Shown piece after piece: positions 46,254 through 54,337 of a stretch of DNA of 64,000 nucleotides (within the stretch, counting starts at the first letter, position 1; every line of letters begins with the position of its first letter). The notes beneath the pieces were generated by a model. It did no database searches and had not been told where the DNA came from. It saw only the letters and a list, made by a program, of their open reading frames with translations. A program made the position numbers and the translations under genes. This DNA comes from Candidatus Adlerbacteria bacterium (GTDB taxonomy: Bacteria > Patescibacteriota > Minisyncoccia > Phycocordibacterales > SBAW01): assembly GCA_003135635.1 (NCBI GenBank), contig PLCJ01000003.1:53087-117086 (forward strand). Reading direction: 5' to 3'.

Positions 46254-46721
46254 ATGGACAAGGGTACATGGATTGGAATTACATTGTTATGTATTCTGAC
46301 TTTAGGTCTTGTATATCTTATGGAACAAGTTCAAAACAATAACGGAAGTTCACAATCTGCGACATCCGCTCCAAGTGTCTCAACTCAAACAACAACTAAT
46401 AATACTTCGCAAACTACAAATACGACTGGCTTAGATTGTCAAACAATTGCAAATGAAGCAGCACAAAATAATCAGACAAAACAAGGCCAAACCACCACAG
46501 TGATACAGGCCCATTTAAATCAATCGCTGAATCAATGTTATTACGAACTGAATATTTTTACCGCGTCGGGTGATGAAACAGATATTAGAGTTGCACCCAA
46601 CGACACGATAGTGGCATATTGCATCACCATACCCTCAGGACTATCCTGTCAGAAACCTGGAGTTGGAGCTATAACGGAGCCGCAATTTAAACAGTTCTTA
46701 AAAAGCTATTTTACAAACTAA
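46254..46721 (+). CDS. hypothetical membrane-anchored S/T/N/Q-rich protein
   Basis: N-terminal TM, low-complexity linker, C-terminal Cys-containing domain. Confidence 0.55.
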   Translation: MDKGTWIGITLLCILTLGLVYLMEQVQNNNGSSQSATSAPSVSTQTTTNNTSQTTNTTGLDCQTIANEAAQNNQTKQGQTTTVIQAHLNQSLNQCYYELNIFTASGDETDIRVAPNDTIVAYCITIPSGLSCQKPGVGAITEPQFKQFLKSYFTN

Positions 46722-46761
46722 CTGACCCAGTAGAACGACTTGGTTTATAGAACTTCTTATC

Positions 46762-48126
46762 ATGAAGAACGCTTTAGAAAAATTCGTCGGTGAACCAGCA
46801 ATCCTAATGGAAAAAGGGATTGAGAAAGCTAAAAAACTAGAGGAGGAACTTATAAGTAAAAAACCCTTTAAACTTGCTGAAGAATACTGGGATACTTTAG
46901 GTCCTGGACTCACAACAGGAGCAGCAGATGATGATCCATCTGGAATCGCTACGTACTCTCAAACCGGTGCGCAATATGGATTCCAGTTGCTCTGGCTTGC
47001 AGCGTTTACTTTTCCACTCATGGCAGTTGTCCAGGAAATGTGTGCTCGCATCGGAGTCGTCACTGGGAGAGGTCTTGCTGCAAATATTAAACACCATTAT
47101 TCACGCCCCATATTGTATGTCACAACGATATTATTATTTGCCGCTAATACATTTAACATTGGTGCTGACTTAGGTGCTATGGCTCAAGGTGTGCGCTTAT
47201 TTGCTCCGAATTTCGCTCTCCCCTTCTTAATCATTGCTTTTGCATGTATCAGTTTGCTCTTACAAATCTTCACCACCTACGTCCGCTACGCGAAGTATTT
47301 GAAGTATTTGACACTAGTTTTGTTCGCGTATGTTTTCTCTGCTCTTTTGAGTCATTTGAACTGGACACAGGTCGCCGTTCACTCTATTGTGCCGTCGATA
47401 AGTTTTAACAAGGAACAAATTTATCTCATTTGCGCTATTTTAGGAACCACAATTTCTCCATATCTATTTTTTTGGCAAACTTCTCAGGAAGTCGAGGAAC
47501 AAAATTTGCAAATGCACAATACGGAAGCAGGATGGCATCAACATCCGGCTAAAAAAGATGTGCGCAATCTAAGAACCGATGTGTGGACAGGGATGTTTTT
47601 CTCCAATCTCATCATGTTCTTCATTATCGCTGCCTGCGCAGGGACACTGTTCGTACATGGTATTACTAACATCGCTACAGCTGCAGATGCAGCAACAGCA
47701 TTGCGGCCACTTGCTGGAGATGCCGCATATTTTCTCTTTGGAATTGGAATCATCGGAACTGGCATGCTTGCTATACCAGTATTAGCTGGTTCAACTTCAT
47801 ATGCCATATCCGAGAGTTTCGGCTGGAAGCATGGTCTCTATCGCAAACTTAAAGAAGCGTACGCATTTTATGGTGTCATCATCATTTCGATGTTACTTGG
47901 TATTATTATGAACTTTATAGGTCTAGATCCAATCAAGGCGCTCATTTATTCGGCGGTGGGCAATGCTTTGGTAGCTCCCGTTGTGCTTGTGTTTATTGTT
48001 CGCATGAGCAGTAACAAAAAAATTATGGAAGAGTACGTTAATCATCGGGCCGTAACTTGGGCGGGATGGTTTGTTACGGGAATTATGCTGATTTCTGGAA
48101 TAGCAGCTATCGTATCCCTTTTTTAA
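46762..48126 (+). CDS. mntH: NRAMP-family divalent metal (Mn2+/Fe2+) transporter
   Basis: GPG...DPSGIATYSQTGAQYGFQLLW matches the Nramp consensus. 11-12 TM. Confidence 0.85.
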   Translation: MKNALEKFVGEPAILMEKGIEKAKKLEEELISKKPFKLAEEYWDTLGPGLTTGAADDDPSGIATYSQTGAQYGFQLLWLAAFTFPLMAVVQEMCARIGVVTGRGLAANIKHHYSRPILYVTTILLFAANTFNIGADLGAMAQGVRLFAPNFALPFLIIAFACISLLLQIFTTYVRYAKYLKYLTLVLFAYVFSALLSHLNWTQVAVHSIVPSISFNKEQIYLICAILGTTISPYLFFWQTSQEVEEQNLQMHNTEAGWHQHPAKKDVRNLRTDVWTGMFFSNLIMFFIIAACAGTLFVHGITNIATAADAATALRPLAGDAAYFLFGIGIIGTGMLAIPVLAGSTSYAISESFGWKHGLYRKLKEAYAFYGVIIISMLLGIIMNFIGLDPIKALIYSAVGNALVAPVVLVFIVRMSSNKKIMEEYVNHRAVTWAGWFVTGIMLISGIAAIVSLF

Positions 48127-48170
48127 TGCGACTATTAAAGAGGGTTCATACCCCCATCTAGTCTGCGTGT

Positions 48171-48195
48171 ATAGGAGGTTCGAGTCCCATCGCTG
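48171..48195 (+). other. tRNA-Asn 3'-end-like fragment (possible distal att repeat of island 2)
   Basis: ataggAGGTTCGAGTCCcAtCGCtg against the tRNA-Asn tail gtAGGTTCGAGTCCtAcCGCcgg: 12-nt exact match plus flanking similarity, with a 3-nt insertion. Does not fold as a T-arm. Confidence 0.35.
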
Positions 48196-48255
48196 TTTTT
48201 GCGAAAATAAAAAATAGTGTTACTTTAATATAAGCTTGTTTGTCGGGAGGTTACA

Positions 48256-48483
48256 ATGACCAAGAAAAGACAGGGAGAGATAGCTCTCTTGCTTGTTGAG
48301 CACACAATGAGAAAGAAGGGTCTTTCTCTTACACAAGAATCCAGAGACGATAGCGCCCTCCTAGCTGAACAGATCGGCGTTCCTCAAAGAGAACTCGCTA
48401 GGTTCACTGCAACCACTTCGTCTAGGTTAGTCAAAGAATGGGCCGCGAAGAAGCCGACCGCGAAGACACCCAAAGATGTATGA
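48256..48483 (+). CDS. hypothetical small protein
   Basis: RBS gggagg. 75 aa. Confidence 0.5.
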   Translation: MTKKRQGEIALLLVEHTMRKKGLSLTQESRDDSALLAEQIGVPQRELARFTATTSSRLVKEWAAKKPTAKTPKDV

Positions 48484-48494
48484 CCACCGTCCCC

Positions 48495-48575
48495 AGCGAA
48501 GATCGTTAGGAGGACGGTTTTCGCTTTTTTATGTGCTCAGACTGGTTCTAACATCCTCCAAGGCGGGGAGCCAGC
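48495..48575 (+). repeat. Composite island element, copy O (type I hairpin with compensatory stem changes, T-run, core)
   Basis: agcgaagatcgttaGGAGGAcggttttcgcttttttatgtgctcagactGGTTCTAACATCCTCCAaggcggggagccagc. Confidence 0.85.
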
Positions 48576-48581
48576 AAGATA

Positions 48582-48610
48582 TTGATTTTTTAATTGATTT
48601 ATGGTATTAT
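48582..48610 (+). promoter_or_regulatory. sigma70-like promoter with extended -10, leaderless candidate
   Basis: TTGATT, 17 nt, TGgTATTAT. The ATG at 48619 lies 8 nt downstream. Confidence 0.45.
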
Positions 48611-48618
48611 TGTGGGAC

Positions 48619-48852
48619 ATGAAAAAACACCTTAAAGAGTTAGAAGAAAGCCAAATACAGATATCCCTTTTAGATTTTCTGAAATCCTATAATCAAAATA
48701 TGCCTCCAAATTTTCCCCGAGTCTCTACCGCACTGTTACAGAAGTTCAAAGATACGCATTCGATACTTTTTAAGCACGGTGATTTGTGGTCAATTGACCA
48801 ACATCGAAAAAAGATCATCGATTGGCTTCCTCTAAACAGTGACGTTTCATAA
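48619..48852 (+). CDS. hypothetical small protein
   Basis: Start set at MKKHLKE immediately downstream of the promoter. Confidence 0.5.
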   Translation: MKKHLKELEESQIQISLLDFLKSYNQNMPPNFPRVSTALLQKFKDTHSILFKHGDLWSIDQHRKKIIDWLPLNSDVS

Positions 48853-48951
48853 AAATATTTTACTAGTTTTCTTTTGGCTCATTAAATAGACTCGAGCGTC
48901 TTTTATGCTTGAGTCTAAGTATGTAAAACACTTCTATAGTAGAATTTCAGG

Positions 48952-49584
48952 ATGGAAAAGAAGCAACCGATTCAAAGCTCATTAAAAGTCCTTCGAAAGA
49001 ACCATCGTTTTGCTCCACTAATCTATAAACATGGTCCTCCTGATCTTTCGCGAGGAAAGAACCCATTTAAAGCGCTTGCTCGCTCTATCATCTACCAGCA
49101 ACTATCCGGTAAGGCAGCAGGCACTATTTACAATCGATTTGTTTCTCTTTTCGGAGATAGGAAAAGGTTTCCCACTCCCCAAGAAGTGAGTGAGGTGTCA
49201 GTGAAAAAATTGCGCTCTGCGGGACTCTCTGCTCAGAAAAGTACGTATCTGCATGATCTCGCAAAAAAGTTCTCTGATGGAACAATCAACTATCGAGGGC
49301 TTGGTCGAATGACAAATGAAGAAATTGTCGAACATCTCATCCAAATAAAAGGTGTTGGAGAATGGACAATACATATGTTCCTCATCTTTACTTTAAACCG
49401 AACAAATATATTGCCAACTGGAGATCTAGGTATTCGAAAAGGATTCCAGATAGTCTATCGACTCAAGACACTCCCAGACAAGGCAAAGATGGAACAAATT
49501 GCACTACCCTGGCGTGAGCATGCAACAGTGGCCTCCTGGTACCTCTGGAAAGCGGCAGATGAGATTAAAGCATCGTCGGCGTGA
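48952..49584 (+). CDS. alkA: HhH-GPD DNA glycosylase, AlkA-like 3-methyladenine glycosylase
   Basis: HhH-GPD IKGVGEWTIHMFLIF...D. 210 aa. Confidence 0.75.
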   Translation: MEKKQPIQSSLKVLRKNHRFAPLIYKHGPPDLSRGKNPFKALARSIIYQQLSGKAAGTIYNRFVSLFGDRKRFPTPQEVSEVSVKKLRSAGLSAQKSTYLHDLAKKFSDGTINYRGLGRMTNEEIVEHLIQIKGVGEWTIHMFLIFTLNRTNILPTGDLGIRKGFQIVYRLKTLPDKAKMEQIALPWREHATVASWYLWKAADEIKASSA

Positions 49585-49841
49585 ACTCCGGTGGACTGGG
49601 TGAATATTCCACGAGAAAAGCTCATTTTCTTGGGCCTCTTATGGGTGTTTTTATCAAAATGCCTAGATTCTATAAAGTTCGAAAATGATGCCGGGTGTGG
49701 AATAAAATATTGACTAAATACTCATAACATGATACCTTACAGGTATTCATCTCAGTGCTGATTAAGAGAAACGAGGATCGAGTTTTGATCTTCAGCCCAC
49801 TGTAGTTGATATATTACTAATTGTGAATTTCTCTCATAATC

Positions 49842-50042
49842 ATGCAGGAAGGAACTATCGCCCGAGTCACTGACAGAGGCTTCGGATTCATCAAGCGTCC
49901 GAATGTGGAAAAAGATCTCTTTTTCCACTCCAACGAGCTCAAGAACGCCCAGTTCGATGAGCTTCGCGAAGGAGATAAGGTGACGTTTGAAGTAGCGGAA
50001 GGTCCCAAAGGACCAAACGCAACAAACGTCAGCAAAGTCTAA
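49842..50042 (+). CDS. cspA: Cold-shock protein (CspA family)
   Basis: RNP1 GFGFI, RNP2-like FFHS. 66 aa. Long 5' UTR. Confidence 0.9.
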   Translation: MQEGTIARVTDRGFGFIKRPNVEKDLFFHSNELKNAQFDELREGDKVTFEVAEGPKGPNATNVSKV

Positions 50043-50047
50043 GCATA

Positions 50048-50076
50048 AAGCGCCCCACTCCGGGGCGTTTTGCTTT
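50048..50076 (+). terminator. intrinsic terminator after csp
   Basis: aaGCGCCCCactccGGGGCGttttgctttt. Confidence 0.7.
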
Positions 50077-50249
50077 TGGGAAGTTTAATTCATTTCGAAT
50101 GTAAGAATGCGGATCCAGGCGAAGAAGCTTAGGAAAAGTTGGGCTGCATTGTAAAAAATTGACGATCTATAGGGATGGGTACAATTACTTGTCACTTTAA
50201 GACTTTTTTGAATGTCGAAATTGGAACTGGTGCAGAAGAGATACATCAC

Positions 50250-51683
50250 ATGAATACAGACAAGAGTATAATTGGAAATTCAATAACTTTTATTGCATTT
50301 GGTATTACCGGTGATCTCATGAAACAAAAAATACTTCCTGCCCTTTTTCAATTACATCTCAAGAAAAATCTTCCTAAGAGGTTCCATATTATCGGTATTT
50401 CTCGTCAAGCATGGAATCAAAAACAGCTCCAAACCTATATAACAGAGGTCATACGGGCAATATATCCGACAGAACATGGAGTGCTTTCCTCATTTCTAGA
50501 ATTATTCCAATTTTTTCAAGGAGATATCAATGACAAAGAAAGTTACACACAACTTAAGAAAACTCTCGCTGACCATGATACACAATTAAACGCTTGTACA
50601 AACAAGCTTTTTTATCTCGCAATTGGGCCCAAATTACACGAATCTACCCTCTCACACCTTATTCTTAGCGGTATTATTGAGAAAAATAATACGGGAAATT
50701 ATTGGACACGAATTATTATTGAAAAACCTTTCGGGAATGACCTCACCAGCGCGAAGAGACTTGAAGCACTTATTGAACCCTCTTTCAAAGAGGAGCAAGT
50801 ATATCGTGCGGATCATTATCTCTTGAAGAAAACGGTTCACAACATCCTTGATTTTCGCTTTGTAAATAACTTGTTTGAGTCTCGATTGAATAATGAATAT
50901 GTTAAGCACATTCATATCAAGCTCCTGGAAGATGTGGGGGTAGAAAAACGTGCTGCATTTTACGATGGGGTTGGAGCTCTACGAGATATGGGACAAAGTC
51001 ATCTTTTAGAGATACTTGCACTTTTTACTATGGAAAAGCCAGCGAGCTTGGAAGCGACGGCCGTACGGACTAGGCGCGCAGAAATTTTAGAGATGCTTGT
51101 TATTCTCTCCTCCCAAGAAACCCCAATTGCAACCTTTCGTGCACAGTACCAAGGCTATAGAGATATTGAAGGAGTTGCTCCAGATTCCCAAACAGAAACT
51201 TATTTCAAGATTCAGGCTACTCTCTCTTCTCCGCGTTGGCGGGGGGTTCCTATTTTTCTTGAAAGCGGTAAACGCTTAGGTCACCCATTAAAGGAAGTCA
51301 GTATCACCTTTAAACCTATAGACTTGAACATTTCTTCCTCTCATGGCAGAAACAACGATTCTCTCATTTTCCCCTTGGAATTGAAAGAGAATCAAGCTAT
51401 ATACGAATCAAAAGAATCTGGTGCTCGAGGAGAAGCACAGCAAGAGATAGATTTGTTCTGGTCTGCAGCAAAAGGCGTGTATACAGAATATGAAAGACTC
51501 ATACTTGACTGCATAGGAGGGAATCAAACTCTTTTTGTCAGTATCCAAGAGGTTATGGCAACCTGGCGTTACATTGATCCCATTGTAGCTATGTGGCAAA
51601 AAAACCTGGTACCCCTCAACATATACCCCCAGGGCACCGAACGTATTTTAGAAGAGTCAAAATACATAGAAAATATTCGATAA
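50250..51683 (+). CDS. zwf: Glucose-6-phosphate 1-dehydrogenase
   Basis: NADP-binding AFGITGDL...KILPAL. EKPFGND and RADHYL(L)K motifs. Start trimmed to MNTDKS. Confidence 0.85.
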   Translation: MNTDKSIIGNSITFIAFGITGDLMKQKILPALFQLHLKKNLPKRFHIIGISRQAWNQKQLQTYITEVIRAIYPTEHGVLSSFLELFQFFQGDINDKESYTQLKKTLADHDTQLNACTNKLFYLAIGPKLHESTLSHLILSGIIEKNNTGNYWTRIIIEKPFGNDLTSAKRLEALIEPSFKEEQVYRADHYLLKKTVHNILDFRFVNNLFESRLNNEYVKHIHIKLLEDVGVEKRAAFYDGVGALRDMGQSHLLEILALFTMEKPASLEATAVRTRRAEILEMLVILSSQETPIATFRAQYQGYRDIEGVAPDSQTETYFKIQATLSSPRWRGVPIFLESGKRLGHPLKEVSITFKPIDLNISSSHGRNNDSLIFPLELKENQAIYESKESGARGEAQQEIDLFWSAAKGVYTEYERLILDCIGGNQTLFVSIQEVMATWRYIDPIVAMWQKNLVPLNIYPQGTERILEESKYIENIR

Positions 51684-51745
51684 GCACATTAAGGACATCT
51701 TTTATTTATCGTGATATATTAATATTCTATAATAAATATATGTAT

Positions 51746-51997
51746 ATGCATTGGAATAACTTAAGTGGATTTTCACCAGCTTTTGCAGATACTGTCTTCA
51801 TCCTATTTCTTTTTGCCCTAATCTGGTCATTAATTTGGAAAGGTATTGCGCTGTGGCACGCCGCACGAGATGGAAGCAAGGTTTGGTTTGTAGTATTTCT
51901 TTTTATCAACACTCTTGGCATTTTAGAAATTCTTTATGTGTATTTGTTCAGAAAGAAAAAACATTCTTTAGGAGAGGAAAATAATAAGGAAGTGTAA
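51746..51997 (+). CDS. small membrane protein (DUF5652-like)
   Basis: Two TM helices with WKGIALWHAARDGSKVWFVV. Start trimmed to MHWNN. Confidence 0.5.
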   Translation: MHWNNLSGFSPAFADTVFILFLFALIWSLIWKGIALWHAARDGSKVWFVVFLFINTLGILEILYVYLFRKKKHSLGEENNKEV

Positions 51998-52025
51998 CTA
52001 TCTAGTTATTATTTCTTTATACGTT

Positions 52026-52751
52026 CTACATACGGATATCCTGATATTCCTTTGAAAAAGGTTTCCCCATGAAGATTATCCCAAAATAGTTTGTAACGTA
52101 ATGTAAGCCCGTAGATACTATCCCCTCGCCTATAAGACGACGACCCGAAGAATAAGCAGGTAGAGCAAAAGTCCATTTCACTGTACCTATCTCACTAAGC
52201 CGACGAGCAATATCCGTATCTTCGCCATAAAATGCAATAGAGGTGTCGTAACCACCAACTGATTCCCATGCCTCTCGTTGTATGACAAAGTTGCCGCCCT
52301 GCAACATCGCCATACCAAAAAGCCAATGACTAACATAACCTGAAATATAAAACATACGTACAAGAAAACGTGAGGGGGGTGAAATGTCGTGATATAAAAA
52401 TGGGCCGGAAAGTGCCACTATATCCTTATGTGTGGAAAACTCTGTAAACACTTTTGCGAGCCATCCGATAGGTAAAATGGTATCAGCATCAATATTTGCC
52501 ACCAGCTCCCCTGTCGTTGCCTCAAATCCAGCCTTGCGGGCAAATACAAGACCTTTCCGATCTTCATCTATGACCCGTATCCCTGGAATGCTACTTGCAA
52601 TTTCCTTAGTACGATCAGTTGAAGCGTTATTTACAAGCACTATCTCTGCCTGGCATGGAGTATGCATGAGCTCGTTTAAGATAGAGTGTAGACATCTTTC
52701 AAGCACCGCCTCTTCGTTGTATGCCGGCACTACAAAACTAATTTTTGTCAT
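52026..52751 (-). CDS. Family 2 glycosyltransferase
   Basis: FVVPAYNEE, D.D (NIDADT) and QxxRW-like region. Confidence 0.8.
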   Translation of the reverse strand: MTKISFVVPAYNEEAVLERCLHSILNELMHTPCQAEIVLVNNASTDRTKEIASSIPGIRVIDEDRKGLVFARKAGFEATTGELVANIDADTILPIGWLAKVFTEFSTHKDIVALSGPFLYHDISPPSRFLVRMFYISGYVSHWLFGMAMLQGGNFVIQREAWESVGGYDTSIAFYGEDTDIARRLSEIGTVKWTFALPAYSSGRRLIGEGIVSTGLHYVTNYFGIIFMGKPFSKEYQDIRM

Positions 52752-52779
52752 GTTGGGGCAAAATAATTATTCTCTATTT

Positions 52780-53418
52780 TTATTCTTGATATTGTGTCAT
52801 AAACCAATCTCGAAGGATCTTTTCAAACATAACAATTATAACAAAAATAATTATATATACAGTAATAAGTATCACATGGAGAAAGGTATTTGTAGTCTCT
52901 GAAAATAAGTGGCCAAAAAGAAAACCAACAGAAATTAGTGCGCCACTCCATATAATTTGTCCAACTATATTGACTGCCAAATAGTGCCGAAAGGGTACGC
53001 GAGCAAACCCTGCGGTAAAAAGAGTGACGATTGAGAAACCGAGACCCATAGTTACTTTTGAGAAAAAAAGTATTTTACGCTGATGATCACGAAAAAGTCT
53101 TTTTATTGTACGTATATGAACATCTTTAATACCGAAATATATACCGAACTTTTTTGTAAATGCATCTCCAAATCGATATCCAATCCAATACCACACTACA
53201 TCCCCTATAAGTTCGCCAATAATAAGAGAAAGATAGGTCGGCAACAAAGCAATATACCCTAATCGAATCAAAGAACCTGCAAATAAAGAAACTATAGGCC
53301 CGCCGATTAGAGCTGCAGGAATGAGTACAAAGTATTTATACTGGAAAATAAGCTGCGTCAATATATTTAAGGACATATACAGTAGAAAGCTCCGAGCAGA
53401 ATGTATAGTATAGACCAA
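52780..53418 (-). CDS. DedA/VTT-domain membrane protein
   Basis: GELIGDVVWYWIGYRFG signature. 5-6 TM. Confidence 0.8.
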   Translation of the reverse strand: MVYTIHSARSFLLYMSLNILTQLIFQYKYFVLIPAALIGGPIVSLFAGSLIRLGYIALLPTYLSLIIGELIGDVVWYWIGYRFGDAFTKKFGIYFGIKDVHIRTIKRLFRDHQRKILFFSKVTMGLGFSIVTLFTAGFARVPFRHYLAVNIVGQIIWSGALISVGFLFGHLFSETTNTFLHVILITVYIIIFVIIVMFEKILRDWFMTQYQE

Positions 53419-53526
53419 TAACCCGAGAACCGCATCAACACATCTTCAAAATTGTATCATGATCGATTCTGAGAAAGAAAAGGTTTTTATATACCCAGAA
53501 TCTTTTTTAGGAGAGCAATTTTACCC

Positions 53527-54309
53527 CTATCGTAGCGAGTGTTTTACTTGATATTCTCCTACTTTTGTTCGAAGAATATGAATCGCAAGCGCAGAATATT
53601 TCAAATGCTCACCAAGAGCGTGTGCAATTGAACGTGCATAGGTACCTGAAGAACAAGATATCTCAATGGTGGCACAAGGAAATTCGCGTGTGCCCTCCCC
53701 GTGTAGTGCACGTTTCCATACTTGTATCACCTCTTCTTGACGAAAATTTCCTTGTACTTTCTCAATAGACGACTCAATATATGAGAGAAATGTTCGTTCC
53801 TTGAGTCTATAAAGACTCGTAAGTGAAATATTAGAGATAGTTACTGTGCGGCGCGGTAAGATCATCGTACCGATTGCGCCCGCGCGAGCCCAGGCAAATA
53901 GGGGTTTACCCTCTAATGTTTTTGAAGAAAAGGGTGGGTATTCTTGTGATACGGTACCGCGGAATTCATTGAGTGTCTGTTGTATGTCAGTACGCGTGAG
54001 ATCTTTTGTGTCAGTATTTTCCACCACTTTTCCGAGAATATCGTACGTATCCGTTGAAAAGCCGAAAAGGACATTAAGAACATACTCCTTGCTCATATTG
54101 AGGTATACATCACGTGTTTTATTTGCAGAGCCTACAAGACAGATAAGAACACCTTCTGCCATTGGATCAAGACGTCCAGCATAGGAAAGAACCTCGTGCT
54201 GATATTCAGGACGTTGTGATCGTAATCGTTCTATACGTTCTCTGGGTGTTTCTCCTAAGTTTTTATAGAGATTAAGTACAGACCCCGTCTGTATGAGTTT
54301 TCCATTCAT
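53527..54309 (-). CDS. truB: tRNA pseudouridine(55) synthase TruB
   Basis: GRLDPMAEGVLIC catalytic Asp motif. About 260 aa. Confidence 0.85.
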   Translation of the reverse strand: MNGKLIQTGSVLNLYKNLGETPRERIERLRSQRPEYQHEVLSYAGRLDPMAEGVLICLVGSANKTRDVYLNMSKEYVLNVLFGFSTDTYDILGKVVENTDTKDLTRTDIQQTLNEFRGTVSQEYPPFSSKTLEGKPLFAWARAGAIGTMILPRRTVTISNISLTSLYRLKERTFLSYIESSIEKVQGNFRQEEVIQVWKRALHGEGTREFPCATIEISCSSGTYARSIAHALGEHLKYSALAIHILRTKVGEYQVKHSLR

Positions 54310-54337
54310 TTCTGCTACAATACCTTACACCTAGGCT

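Noticed and set aside
48106-48195. Possible full tRNA gene at the end of the NRAMP gene (GGTTCGAGTCC T-loop-like sequence).
   Set aside because: No D-arm or anticodon arm can be folded. The flanks of the T-loop-like segment are not complementary. Interpreted as a tRNA-Asn 3'-end-like fragment, not a tRNA gene.
13110-48575. Could the repeated elements be integron attC sites or a CRISPR array?
   Set aside because: Spacing is irregular (0.2-3 kb) and the intervening DNA encodes genes, so it is not CRISPR. The core has a GTT..AAC-like segment but no paired R''/L''-L'/R' inverted repeats. No IntI-type tyrosine recombinase is present. The resemblance is to cassette organisation only, so classical integron is rejected.
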